Shown in pieces: positions 1 through 14,092 of a stretch of DNA of 64,000 nt (position 1 is its first letter; each line of letters starts with the position of its first letter). A model generated the notes under the pieces. The model did not search any database and had not been told where the DNA came from. It was given only the letters and a program-made list of their open reading frames with translations. The DNA lies in assembly GCF_009914755.1 (NCBI RefSeq), contig NC_060933.1; one strand, written 5' to 3'. The DNA comes from the human T2T-CHM13v2.0 reference genome, Homo sapiens. Both the position numbers and the translations under genes were made by a program.

Positions 1-924
1 AAATGTTACCCTCTAAATATAAAAATACTAGAGAGAAGAAGATGAAAGGTGAATAGGAGAATGTGGACAAAATGAACAAGCTTTAGGATATTGAACTTAC
101 AATTTTGAAAAGTTAAGTTGAATGTTTTTACAAAAGACTCATCCATCCCTTTTTAGGTTCTCAGATATATGATGAAAGGGATAAAAACAGCAGCAGCCCA
201 TTTTATAAGTCAAGCTAGCAGCCGTGTTCTATGAACACTTTAAAATACCATAGGTGCCCATACACGGGAGAATGAGCATATTTAATGCCAAAAAATAAGA
301 CTTGGGAGAGCTGCTGAGCACTTAACAACATCACTAATTATTTGTATAACATTTGGCAAAAAGTCAAAACCGTAATTTTTTTCCTGGTAAACATATTTTT
401 ACACATTTGTCCTCCCTACAAAAATAACCAGTTGAGATGCATATATTTTCACTTGCACATGTTTGCATTGCTGAGGCATAAACCAATCCTCCTTTAAAAG
501 GTTCATTTCAAAGTTATTAGCTAATTCATAGGTCCGGTAAGCCTGGAGATCCACAAGCATATGCTTTGCATTGAAACACCAGCTTGGTAATCAAACAAGG
601 AGCAATCTAATATGAGCTTTCAAGGCAGGTGAATTTGACTGTAAATCATGGTTCTGCACGTAGGTTTGTATTTTCTAGTCTTAATTACATCTGTGCAAAT
701 CTCCATTTGTTTATGGTTGCCTAATACATCGAGTGGGCTATTTGCATTCCCAGAGGCACATTTTCCATGGTGTGCACTTCTCTGAGAAAAAAAAAAAAAA
801 AACTGGTTCAGCCATTAATTCAAATATTAAGTGCAAAAATGATGTAGAAGTGAATGCTCTTCAATTCAGCAAATACTTCTGGAGTACCTGTGCAAGGCAC
901 TCATAGGGATACACAGGAAGGGCA

Positions 925-1025
925 TTTTGCCTAAACTCATTGAAGCTCAATTTCCTCATCTATAAAACGGGAGTAATAGAAAAAAAGAAAGTGTTCATTT
1001 AAAGTGCTATATAAATATGAGCAAG
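925..1025 (+). mobile_element. MIR SINE fragment
   Basis: Core motif ctcaatttcctcatctataaaacgggagtaata and tail aaagtgctatataaat resemble the MIR consensus. Confidence 0.65.
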
Positions 1026-1514
1026 CAGCAAGTAGTGGTGGTAGTAAATTGCAATCCAATATTTTTTTTTTCCTGCCAGCATCACTTAATTACAGATACT
1101 TTCCTATGAAAAGCTTTCTGAATTTGACAGGAACAAATACAGAAGGCAATTGTTCTTACATTCAAGTTGCCTTTTTTTCACTTTTTTCAATCCTATTGAC
1201 AAAAGTAATATATAAAAATACTTCAGAAAGGATTTACAATAGTCAGTGCCGATCAAAAATGTGTGTGATGTACGATGGAAAAGCAGTATATCCTTGAGGC
1301 ATGACTTTTAGTTGGGATTCACTATCTGCTCTGTAATAACAGAGAAGGCAAGGGTTGGCTAGCTCTAGGTAAGTTTTAGAGAATGAACAAAAAAGACCTT
1401 CAGATTGCTTCTAAGTGATGCAATGGATTTCCCAGGATATGTAAGAAAGCAAGGAATACTAGCAGATGATTTATCTGGGATTGAAAATGATAGGTCTGAC
1501 TGTACCCTGCCCTC

Positions 1515-1620
1515 CAGAACTGTATCTGTCTGTAAAATGGAAATCTACTTGTCCTACCTACCACATTGTGTCCTCATGAAGATCTGAACTCATAATGTGT
1601 GTGAAAGCTCTTTATAATAC
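1515..1620 (+). mobile_element. MIR SINE fragment
   Basis: tctgtaaaatggaaat...cctacc...catgaagatctgaactcataatgtgtgtgaaagctct matches the MIR 3' half. Confidence 0.6.
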
Positions 1621-1909
1621 CAAGCAGCCAGGTCTTTATTGTTTTCCTCTTCATCCAAGTTTAGGGAATGAGAAGGTGTTGAAGAACCCCAAAGGATACG
1701 TTTCCTCAAAGGAAAAGGAATAAATGAGTAAACCAAGAGGCACCTTGGGCTCCACCTGACTCTGACATTTACATCCAAATTAGGCGCCATGTTGTCCCCT
1801 TGAGGCCATCTGAGTACTGAGGGTTACGCACAGTGGCAAGACTGAAGCTAGATCCAGCCTGTCAAGGACAAAAGGGGAAAGCGAAAGGAAGTCTTATGAA
1901 TTTCCTTAA

Positions 1910-2005
1910 GAAAAATCACCTTCTCTCCTCAAGCCTGCAGTTCCTCATCCGTAATGTGAAGGGGCCAGGCAGATCAGATGCTCTCTGAGGTCTCTTCTGA
2001 CTGTG
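1910..2005 (+). mobile_element. MIR3 SINE fragment
   Basis: cagttcctcatccgtaatgtgaaggggcc...gatgctctctgaggtctcttctgactgtga is MIR3-like. Confidence 0.55.
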
Positions 2006-2754
2006 ATCCCTAAGTCAGAGAACACAGGAGCACTCGTATGCATGTCAGCTGACCTGGGTGATACCGTGGGGACCTCCTCTTCAGTGCCATGAAGATCTAG
2101 CATCAGAAGAGTCTCCTAACACGAGAGAAAATGTGCTTTACTGCCTGAGGTGGCCACATCACGTGGTCACTAAAGCCCAGGGAGGCTTGTTCTGAAAAAC
2201 TGAACCTTCTGCTAGCCTAGCTGATGGGCCGAGAACTGCCGCTCGTTATGTCTGTTTCCCTGGTTTCCCCTCACATGCACTGCAAAGGTGTGATTTCCCC
2301 AGGTAACCCCAGCCACTGCAGTGACAGAGGATAATATTGCAATGGCCTTTCAAGAGTGTTTCAAATTAGAAGTGACCACAATTGATGTCCTCAGAAGCCA
2401 CAGGCAATTGATACTCTGCATTTAAGAATCTCACTTGAGAAGAGGCAGTAAGTGCCTCTAATGCTTTCTTTCTCCTATGCTTGCTCTTGTCCATCCCTCT
2501 CCTCCTCTTCTTTATTCATCTATGTGTTAACTCATTAAGCAACAACTTCAGTAATGTTTTTCCTAAAGAGCCATTTGCTGTTTAAACCATGATCAGTTTA
2601 GTAATTGCTGATTGGCTAGACAGCTGTGTCATTTTTGGAAAATTTCCCCCTAAAATGGCTTTCTCTTGCCAAAGTATAAAGTCACAGTTAGAAATGTAAG
2701 CCCTGAACCAAGCTGAAGATGAAAATATGGGTAAGAAAACTACTAATTTTTAAG

Positions 2755-2850
2755 AACTGAGATGTTAAGTGATGTGCCTAAGGTCTCGGTAAGTGTTAAG
2801 GCTGGGATTCAAACCCCAGCCTTCCTGGCACCAAAGTCTACATTGTTCCA
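2755..2850 (-). mobile_element. MIR SINE fragment
   Basis: gttaagtgatgtgcctaaggtc...ggctgggattcaaacccc is the reverse MIR core. Confidence 0.6.
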
Positions 2851-3908
2851 GGGCCCCCACACCACTGGAAGGAAAACTATCCAGCAAGGATAAGCAGCCA
2901 CTCACTAAGAGTTTCCTTTCTGCCTACAGAGTTCCCAAAAGGCACCACATCCTCAAGCTTTTAGCCCTGGTGATGCTCTCTGTGACCCAATCAGTCTAGC
3001 ACTGAGTCTTAGATCCTAACCTGCTGGCCTCAGCATTTTTACATGCTTGAGCTCTGAGGTAATTCCATTATGTGGCCCTGATTTAACATTTAGGATAACT
3101 TGGTTTCCTGGGAGATCATGATGAAAAGCCTTCATCATGATAGTGAGTCTGGTGCATTTAGTGCTTGGGAGTTGAGGCATCAGATGTGCATGTTCTGAAA
3201 GCTTCCCTCTCTATTGCTGAAGGACCTTCTTCTTGGGTGGCTTTGGCAATGGCAGCAGAAGCTTCACAGAGCATAGTGAATCCCTCCATAGCATCAGATA
3301 GTAGAGCTGGACACACTTTCCAGTATTCCCGTGTGGAATCAGAGCTGTGGGTTGTGCAGGGAAACTTGCGAGTTTTAAGAATTAAGTGGCTTGCTGTCCA
3401 GTTGTAAGCTAACATTCACTAAAGCAGGTTCTATGTGACAGGATTTTAATTGATCTCAGGTGTATTTTGGGTTGTTCTGTCCCATTTTATTTTGCCAGGG
3501 GTTGCTGTACATAGACAGTAAAAATCCCAGGTAACACAAGTGTGTGATAACCATTTCATCCCTTTATATTATTTGAATTTAACTATTTGAGTTCTCTTGT
3601 GTTGGGGTTGTGAGAAACTTAACTTCAATTAGGGTCATGTCAAGATTTCAGAGGTTCATGCATGGCTAAAACTTTGCAGAAAAGAAGTGGGACATCCTCC
3701 TTTGCCTCGTTCTTAGTTTTCTCTGGTTGTGGTCAAACCATACGAAGCAGATCCACATGGCTCCTTCAGGCTGACAGCAATCTGTGCCTTCCTGGCTATG
3801 GTTGCTTATAAGTCCCTTGGGTAAGTGTCCCATCTGCCTTCATTTACCACTGGGCTTTGCTCCGCAGGGACTTGCTGTCTCCATGCTAGCCCTGCCAGGA
3901 GGTGGGGC

Positions 3909-5015
3909 TGAGATGGTTCATTTTATGTGTCAATCTGACTGAGCCACGGGTTGCCCAGACATTTGGTCAAATACTATTCTGAGTGTGTCTGTGTGGGTGT
4001 CCCTGGATGAAATTAACATTGAACTGGTAGACTGAGTAAAACTGGTTGCCTTTCTTAATGTGGGTAGGCTTCATCCAATAAGTTGAAGGACTACATAGAA
4101 CAAAAAGGCAGACCCTCTGGCGAGTAACGGGCAACTTCTCCTCACTGACTCCCTATGAGCTGGACATTATTTTTTTTCCTGCTTTCAGACTCAAACTGAA
4201 ACAGAAGCTCTTCCTGGTTCTAAAAACTGTTGTCTTTTAGAGTGGAAATACCACTATTTGCTCTCCTTGTTCTTGGGCCTTCAAAGTCAGCCAGTGTGGT
4301 ATACTGTAAGAAACAAATCATGGCTTTAATTACAGCTGTGAAGCTCACTCAGTCATCTCATTGGGCCTACACTCTGTGTCACTTAGCAGGATAGTGCAGC
4401 CTGCCCTGGGGATTTGCAACCCAGGCCAAAGGGATTCCCAGAAGACAAGACTACCTTGACACAGAAGTGAATTTCATAAACCTTAAAGCTTACCTTTTCA
4501 AGAATAGTTTAGACTCCCTTCATGAAAGAAACACCTGGTAAGTGACCCAGACTGAATATAAGTAAAAGAAGGAGAAAGGATCCCTTAAACTCTGAGAATT
4601 ATCTTCATGACAGAGACCCTCTTGGCCAGTCAGTTCCTGACTGTTTCTGGCCCAGAACCCTAGCCTACTTCAGCTATTTATCTTGTGAGAGCACTACCAG
4701 AACAAACTGCTTGAGCATCACGGTCTGGGACTTACCTTTCATCTGAATTGGATCAAATGGGAGGAGTTGCCCCTGCGGAACCTAGTTACCTCGGACCACC
4801 TGAAACCCCTGAACATGACAGACTGGAACTGCATCATGCCATTGGCTTTCCTGGATCTCCGGCTTGCCAACTGTATATCTTGAGACTTGTCAATCACCAT
4901 AATTGCACAAGCCAATTTCTTACAGTAAATCTATCTGTCTGTCTGTCTGTCTGTCTATCCATCCATCTATCCATACTATTGGCTCCTCTTTCTCTGGAGA
5001 ACCCTAACCAATATG
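3909..5015 (+). mobile_element. MLT2 (ERVL) solo LTR, MLT2C/D-like, interrupted at 4295-4820 by another LTR
   Basis: Starts tgagatggttcattttatgtgtcaatctgactg and ends tttctctggagaaccctaaccaat; the internal (TCTG)/(TCCA) microsatellite is typical of MLT2. Confidence 0.85.
4295..4820 (+). mobile_element. Nested ERV-type solo LTR, family not identified
   Basis: ~525 bp block bounded by TG...CA that splits the MLT2 motif tca-gactg-gaact; degenerate 5-bp TSD gccag/gactg. Confidence 0.55.
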
Positions 5016-5150
5016 AAGGCATAGCTCTTCTTTGCTGCTGGCATCGACAGCTCTCTCTGTGTCTTTCTTCATTCTCTTCTTCTCTTGTGAAGCCTTCCTT
5101 CTCTACCCGTGTCAGACTTCTGGCCAAGATAATTGTGTATTTATGAGTTT

Positions 5151-5357
5151 TATATTCATTTCTTGGTGCTGCTGTAAGAAAGTACTACAGACAAATTTAT
5201 TCTCTCACAGTTGTTGAGGCTAGAGGTCTGAAACCAGGCATTTGGCAGGAGCGAGCGCTCTCTGAAGGTCCCAGGGGAAAATCTTTGCTGCCTCTTCCAG
5301 CTTCTGAAAGGTTCTGGTGGGCTCCAGCAACCCTTTGTGTTCCTTGGTTTGTAGCAT
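5151..5357 (-). mobile_element. MLT1 (MaLR) LTR fragment, MLT1C/D-like
   Basis: aaatttattctctcacagtt...gaggctagaggtctgaaacc...tgcctcttccagcttctg. Confidence 0.75.
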
Positions 5358-7245
5358 ACTGCATATTGCTAAGTGAAGGAAGCCAGGCTGAAAAGGTGAT
5401 ATATTTTATGATTCTGATTACATGACTTTCTGAAAATGGCAAAATTATAAAGACAGTAAAAAGATCAGTGGTTTCTAGGAGTCTGGGGAGAAGAGTGGAG
5501 GATTTGAGTAGGTGACACACAGCAGACTTCTTAGGGTAGCGAACCTGTTCTATGTGCTACTGTAATGGTGGATGCCTTACATTATGCAGCTGTTAATACC
5601 CATAGAACTTTATAGTATAAACTGGAACATAAACAAATTTTTAAAATCATTTAGGAGGTTGGGATATCACAGGAAGAAATGCAGACTGTGACGAAAGAAC
5701 TGTATTAAAAATACATGACACAATCTCATAGAAGTAGGTGAGGGAAAAGTCGCTGATGTAAGCAACTTGGAAAATGAATGGAGTCCAAGACTAAGACTAA
5801 GACTAAGGACAAAAGGAACTGCATGTAAGCACCTACTCTAGTTAATAGAATTTCCCATGAAATTTCCATGAAGGTGTGGCTTAACAATTCTGATACTGCC
5901 ATATATGTATAGTGAAACTAAAAAATTAACTAAATGTGTGGCAGATGGTTGAAGCCAGGTTTCTCACTGTTAGAGTGGGAATTTACAGTTAGGTGAGGAG
6001 GCTAGAATGATCACTGTGGTAATGGATTGCAGTTGAAGACATTACTATGCACTTCCGATTAACTTAATATAAAGATGATTGCATATAAAATAAGTTACAT
6101 ATGTATGTACACGTGGGTTAGTATACATATACAGGTATTCCCTTGCTCCATCAGCTGAGAGACACTAGAGGCAACAATATCCTAGTAGCAATGAGCACAC
6201 TTAGCACCCAGATCTTGGTTTCTAATACCACTCTCCAATAGAAGAAACCAAGGCTCTTTAGAGAAGTGGCTGATTCTAGGACTGAAGTGGAACGTACACA
6301 AGACGTATGTGGCACATCTTACAGTGACAAAAAGTAAGAAAGTGATAACAAATATTGATGAATTTTTGTCAAAGGGACACAGGACAGTTTAGTCCAATTG
6401 AAAGTGTTATTAATGACCAAAGCTAGAACAATTTGAGCAACAAAATTAAGTCGTGTTGGGTTATTACCCAAAGTATAAAATAAATATCCATGAGTCCATA
6501 CAGACATAAATGAATAATTGAATTAAATACATAAGTGGAAGAAGAGACAAGTACTCATATGAAATTTCAAAATAACTTATGTAGATATTTTTTCCTCCAA
6601 AAGGGGATGGATTCATCCCCACTGCTTAATTGTGGGCTGTGCATAGTGACTTTCTTTCAAAGAGCACACTATGGAAAGGAGAGGAAGACTAACTTTATAG
6701 AGGAGAAACCTGATGTATGCTACCTCATCAGGTGACTAAGGTCAATATCAACAATGATAAATCATGTTGATAGTATGTACCCTTGTTATGACGAGATGAG
6801 AGTGTCACTTTAACTCTGTGGTCTTCCTCCTCCAAACCCATAGCTCCAGTCTAGATATGAAGAAAACATCACAAAAATTCCAGTAGAGAGGCATCCTACA
6901 AAATGCTTGTCTAGTACTCCTCAAAACTATTAAGGTCATCAAAACAAGAAAAGTTTGAGAAACTATCACAGCCAATAGGAGGCATGACAAGAAAATGTGA
7001 TGTCTTTTCATTCTGGAAAAGAAAAAAAGACATTAGGTAAAAAGTAGGAAAATCTTGATAAATTATAGACATTAATTAACAATAATGTTTCAATGTTGGT
7101 TAATTAATTGTAACAAATATACCATACTAACATAAGATGATAATAATAGGGGAAATTGAGTGAAGGGTTATATGGGAACTGTCTGTTCTATCTTCTCAAA
7201 CTTTCTGTTGATCTATAACTATTCTAAAACATAAAGTCTATTTTG
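5358..7245 (+). mobile_element. Old L1 (L1MC/L1MD-type) 3' end
   Basis: ctaagtgaaggaagccagg...ggcaaaattataaagacagtaaaaagatcagtggtt; cagatcttggtttctaatacc; terminal tatgggaactgtctgttctatc...ataaagtc. Confidence 0.8.
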
Positions 7246-8036
7246 ACAAAATTTAAACAAGGAATAAAAGCATCTTATCTCAATCACCTTCACAAGTATT
7301 TCAGAATGTAGTTTGTCTTCTACATCTCCAAAATAATTTGTTTACGTGCCTTACTTTTCAAATACCTGACCCTTCAGCAGTCATTCCCTCCCTTGTTCAT
7401 TGACTCCATTGTCATGATAGATTATATTGATAGATTACCCTAATACACCCTCAAAACCAACACCAAACTATTTAAAAAGTTATCTCAATAAACCACCACC
7501 GATGCATCCGTGCTTCTTTCTACTATAGTGAAGGGAGAAACTAAATATTTTATGTAAATGTCAGCTTCAGATTACAGCCATATAAGCACTTATATTCTTG
7601 AAAAAATTCTTAACTAGAGCAAAAATATTTAGGAAGATATTAATTAGAATCTTAGAACTTTTTTCTTTAAGTGAGCCTTTTCAAGTGACAAAGTACAATA
7701 GGAAAACAAGGCCAGAATGTTTCTAACTGGAGCTAAGTTTTTACATGTAATGTTCCCTACAATTAAAATTGTAGCCATTTCCATTAACTGATCAAAAACA
7801 TTTATTAAACACCGATTATTTAAAAGATATACAAATTTCTAGTAGCAACTAATTAATGTGATTTCATTTCTCCCTTCCTTCTTCTATCAAGCAGATACTT
7901 ATTCTATAAAGATCATGTGAGAGCCTGAAGCTCAGAAGAAAGGCCAGGCCTGAAAGCAGATTTAGTATGCTTCTCCCTAAAGGTGACAATTACAGTAACA
8001 GGACTGGAAGACAGCTTCCACTAAAAGTCCCTAGAA

Positions 8037-8161
8037 GCTGGGCATGGTGGTGCACACTCGTAGCACTAGCTACTCAAGAAGCTGAGGTGAAAGGTTCACT
8101 GGAGCCCGGGAGATTGAGGCCAACCTTGGAAAATAGTGAGACTCTGTCTCTTAAAAAAAAA
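8037..8161 (+). mobile_element. FLAM (free left Alu monomer)
   Basis: ~125 bp Alu monomer with an A tail; degenerate TSD aaaagtccctag/aaaattcccgg. Confidence 0.75.
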
Positions 8162-8499
8162 TTCCCGGAAAAGACAAGGAAAATAATTAATTTAAAAAAA
8201 TAAGAGGAATAGGAAAATACTACCATAATGTTTCATAACAAATTATCCCAAAACTCAGTCATAAGTCGTAAGTCAAAATCATAAGGATTTATTCTCATGC
8301 TCAGCTTCACTGGGGCTGATGTGTACATATTGCTAGAGCCCAGGATGAAGGGAGGCTATGCAGGAGAACCTCTTCTTAAGGCAATGACAGAAGAATAAGC
8401 ATTTAAAGCATTTGTTTAGGTTAAGTATATTCACATTGACCAAAGATTGGGGCTACTATGAATAAAGCTATAATGAACAGTCATGTACAAATCTTGTGT

Positions 8500-8503
<4 letters not shown>

Positions 8504-8541
<38 letters not shown>

Positions 8542-9847
8542 TATGATATAATATATATAATATATTATATATATAATATATATTATATTATATATATAAA
8601 ATGTAATATATATAATATATATAAAATGTATAAAAATATATATATATTATATATAAAATACATATATTTTATATAATATAAATATATAAAATACATATAT
8701 TTTATATAATATAAATATATAAAATACATATATTTTATATAATATAAATATATAAATTATATTTTATATAATTTATATATAAAATATAATATTTAATATA
8801 ATATATATTATATATATTATTATATATCATATAATATAATATGTTATAATATATTATATATCATATAATATAATATGTTATAATATATTATATATCATAT
8901 ATATATATAATATAAATATATAATATATATTATATAATATGATATATTACATAATATAATATATTATATTATATGAGATATTACATAATATAATATATTA
9001 TATATTCTATAATATATTATATATATTATATAATATATATTATATTATATATATTATATAATTATATATAATATATATAATATTATATTATATATTATAT
9101 ATATTATAGAATATATAATATATATAATATAATATTATATATAATTTATATATCATATATAATATATAATATATAATATATAATTCATATATAATATATA
9201 ATATATAATATATAATATATAATTTATATATAATATATAATATATAATATATAATTTATATATAATATATATAATATATAATATATAATTTATATATAAT
9301 ATATAATATATAATATATAATTTATATATAATATATAATATATAATATATAATTTATATATAATATATATAATATATAATATATAATTTATATATAATAT
9401 ATATAATATATAATATATAATTTATATATAATATATAATATATAATTATATAATATATAATATATATAATATATAATACATATAATATATAATATATATA
9501 ATATATAATATATATTTTATAATATATATAATATATAATATATATTTTATAATATATATAATATATAATATATATTTTATAATATTTTATATAATATATA
9601 ATATATATTTTATAATATTATATATAATATATAATATATTATTATATAAATTATATATTATATATTATATTTAATAATATATAAAATATTATAATTACAT
9701 AATTTTATAATTGTAATATATAATTATAATTATATATATTTATATAATTATATAATATATATAAGACATGTATAAGACATATATTAAATTATATAAATAT
9801 ATATTATATATATTTATATAATTATATAATATATATAATATATATTT
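8504..9847. repeat. ~1.35 kb AT-rich low-complexity/minisatellite array
   Basis: Almost only A and T; three perfect 33-bp units at 8651-8749, plus ~35-bp and ~28-30-bp sub-arrays. Confidence 0.97.
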
Positions 9848-10793
9848 AAGTTCTAGGGTACATGTGCACAACGTGCAGGTTTGTTACATATGTATACATG
9901 TGCCATGTTGGTGTGCTGCACCCATTAACTCGTCATTTACATTAAGTATATCTCCTAATGCTATCCCTTCCCCCCATCCCACAACAGGCCCCGGTGTGTG
10001 ATGTTCCCCTTCCTGTGTCCAAGTGTTCTCATTGTTCAATTCCCACCTATGAGTGAGAACATGCGGTGTTTGGTTTCTTGTCCTTGTGATAGTTTGCTGA
10101 GAATGATGGTTTCCAGCTTCATCCATGTCCCTACAAAGGACATGAAATCATCCTTTTTTATGGCTGCATAGTATTCCATGGTGTATATGTGCCACAGTTT
10201 CTTAATCCAGTCTATCATTGTTGGACATTTGGGTTGGTTCCAAGTCTTTGCTATTGTGAATAGTGCCTCAATAAACATACGTGTGCATGTGGCTTTATAG
10301 CAGCATGATTTATAATCCTTTGGGTATATACCCAGTAATGGGATGGCTGGGTCAAATGACATTTCTAGTTCTAGATCCCTGAAGAATCACCACACTGTCT
10401 TCCCCAATGGTTGAACAAGTTTACAGTCCCACCAGCAGTGTAAAAGCATTCCGATTTCTCCACATCCTCTCCAGCACCTGTGGTTTCCTGACTTTTTAAT
10501 GATTGCCATTCTAACTGCTGTGAGATGGTATCTCATTGTGGTTTTGATTTGAATTTCTCTGATGACGAGTGATGATGAGCATTTTTTCATATGTCTTTTG
10601 GCTGCATAAATATCTTCTTTTGAGAAGTGTCTGTTCATATCCTTCACCCACTTGTTGATGGGGTTGTTTGTTTTTTTCTTGTAAATTTGTTTGAGTTCTT
10701 TGTAGATTCTGGATATTAGTCCTTTGTCAGATGAGTAGATTGCAAAAATTTTCTCCCATTCTGTAGGTTGCCTGTTCACTCCGATGGTAGTTT
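9845..10793 (-). mobile_element. L1PA (L1PA3-5-like) 5'-truncated 3' end
   Basis: ttaagttctagggtacatgtgcacaacgtgc 3'UTR; ORFs 10036-10362 and 10387-10917 match the ORF2 C-terminus ([18 protein letters not shown]). Confidence 0.95.
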
Positions 10794-13299
10794 TTATTTC
10801 TCTTTGGTAAATATCTGAAAGTGTTATTGCTGAGCTATATGAATTTATGCTTACTGTATAAGAAATTTTCCACCTGTTTTCAATAGTAGCTCTAATATTT
10901 TGTATTCCTATCAGCAATGAAGATTCCAGTTGTTCCTAATACTTGCCAATATATGATATTGTCTGCCTTTTTTATTTTAGCCATAATAGCGGATATGTAG
11001 AGCTGTATTATTGTGATTTTATTTCTACTACCCTAATGACTAATTAAGCTAAAGTTATATCGTGTGCTTATTTGCCCTTTGAGTATCTTCTTCAGTGAAG
11101 TTTCTGTTCAAATATCTTGCCCATTTATTAATTGATTGTCCTTCTTCTTGGTATTTAGTATGAGGTGTTCTTTATAGAGTCCGAACAAAAGGTTTTTTTT
11201 TCTCAGATACATGTTTTGCATATGTTTTCTCCAAGCCTGTGGCTTGTCTATTAATTTTCTTAGCAGTATTTCTTAAATAATAAACATTTTTAAATTTTTT
11301 ATAAAGTTCAATTTATCAATTATTTTTCTATTTTTTGTGAATTTTATGACAAGAATTATTTGTTCAATTCAAGTTCTCAAAGTTTTTTTTCTATGTTTTT
11401 ATCTGGAAGTTTTACAGTTTTATCTCTTGCATTATGATCTAATATCTATTCTGACTTAATTTTTGTATGTATTGTAAGATAATGTTTGAGGTTCATTTTT
11501 ACAAAAATATGAACATTAAATTCTAGCGCCATTTGTTGAAAAGACTCTTCCTTTGATATCTTTGTTAAAAAAGAATTGGCCAAATATAGGTGGGTCTTTT
11601 TCTGAATTCTCTATTTTGTTACATTGTTCTGTATGTCTATCCCTATGCCAACAATAATCACTGACTGGATTATTGTAGCTTTATAATAAAGTCTTAGAAT
11701 CGGATAGTGTAAGTCCTCCAACTTAATTTTTTTTCTAATTTGTTTTGTCCATTCCTGGTCCTTTGAATTTATATACATTTTAGAATCAGCTGGTCGATCA
11801 CTACAAAAAAAAATCCCTGCTGAAATTTGTATTGGGATTGCATTGAATGTGTAGATCATTCTAGAGAGAATTAAAATCTTAACAATATTAGTCTCCTAAT
11901 TGATGAACATGGTATATCTCTCCAATTATTTAGGTGTTCTTTAAATTCTATCTGCAATGTTTTGTGGTTTTCAATGTATAGGTCTTGTACAAATTCCTAT
12001 TTCTAACTTTTTTACAGTTTTGTTACTATTATAAGTGTATTTTATTAATTTCCATTTCCAATTGTTCATTTTTAGTATATAGTAACAAAATTAAATTTTC
12101 TATATTTACCTTATATTCTGTGTGAAATATGCTTATAAAACTTATTAGTTTTAGTAGCTCTTGGGTAGAATTGTTAAAATTTTCTAAACAGATAATTGCA
12201 TTATATTTCTATTAACAGTTTTACTTTTTATTTTACAAATTGTATATGCCTTTTCTTTTCTTTCTTTTCCTTTTTTTTTTTTCACCTTACTGAATTAGCT
12301 GGAACCTCAAGTCCAATGATGAATAGAAGGTGGTAAGAGGAAATCCTTGCCTTGTTTCCATCATAGGAGGAGGGCATTTTAGTCCTTTACCATTAAGTAT
12401 AATTTTAAGCTATAAGTTTTTGTAGCTTCCCTTTATCAGTTTAAATAAAATTACTTTGTATTCCTAGTTTCTGTCATGGATGGGTGTTGAATTTTGAGGA
12501 AAGCTTTCCTGCATTTAATGAGATGATCTAATGGTTCTTTTTTTTTTAGTTTTTTTATATGATGGGTAACATTGATTGTTTTTTGACTGTTATTTCAAAA
12601 TTATATTTTTATATGTCACTAAATTTGATTTGCTAAAATTTTGTTGAGGATTTTGCATCTATGTTCATGAGGTATTCCTTGGTCTTTTCTTATAATTTAT
12701 TTTTCTAATTTTAAATGAAAGTAATTCTGGCATCATAAAATGAGTTTGGAAGTATTTACTTCTCTTTTAAGTCTGGAAGAATTTGTGTAGAATTAGTATT
12801 ATTTCTTTATTAAATATTTGGTGTAATTCACCACTGAAATTATCTGTGCTTGGAGTTTTTGTGGGGCAGTTTTTACCTACAAATTCAATTTCTTCACTAG
12901 GTAAAGGGCTAATCATGTTACGTATGTCTTCTTAGGTTGACTTTGGTAGTTTGAGTCTTTTGAAAAACTTTTCTATTTTATCCATGTTGTTGAACTTCTT
13001 CTCTAAAGTTGTTCAAAATTTTCCCTTTTTATCATTTTAACATCAAGAGATTTCTAGTGATGTCTCTTCTTTCATTTGTGATATAGGTAATTTGTAACTC
13101 CTTTTGAAAAAACCAATATTATTATAGATTTTTATTGATTTTTCAAGGAATCATTGTCATGCAGTTATATAATATTTGTCTTATTATTTATGTGTGTCAG
13201 ATTGCAAGTTTGTATTACTGTTTTGATATATTACAATCCATTTTACAAAATGTCCAAACTGCTTAGCAGAATTCATATAATCTGAAGAATGTTGCTGGG

Positions 13300-13586
<287 letters not shown>

Positions 13587-13762
13587 TATATATATGTAAC
13601 ATATATGTATATATGTAAATATATGTATAATTATATAGATATTAAATATTATTTATATATACATATAGTATATATTCGTATGTATATATTTATACATATA
13701 TATTTTTATATATACATATATAGAGAGAGAGAGAGCGCCAGGAATTTTAAAGTAAATCTTAA

Positions 13763-14092
<330 letters not shown>

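Larger units (their letters stand above)
8448..13160 (-). mobile_element. Old L1M (L1MB/MC-type) ORF2/3' region, interrupted by an AT array and an L1PA (8504-10793)
   Basis: Left flank gtacaaatcttgtgtggacatat is continued by gtttttatttctctttggtaaata at ~10790; ORF 11611-11859 (FNAIPIQI...YYKAT) is L1 ORF2-like. Confidence 0.8.

Noticed and set aside
8504-9847. Repeat array as CRISPR-like
   Set aside because: No unique spacers, no cas genes, and the context is a eukaryotic AT minisatellite.
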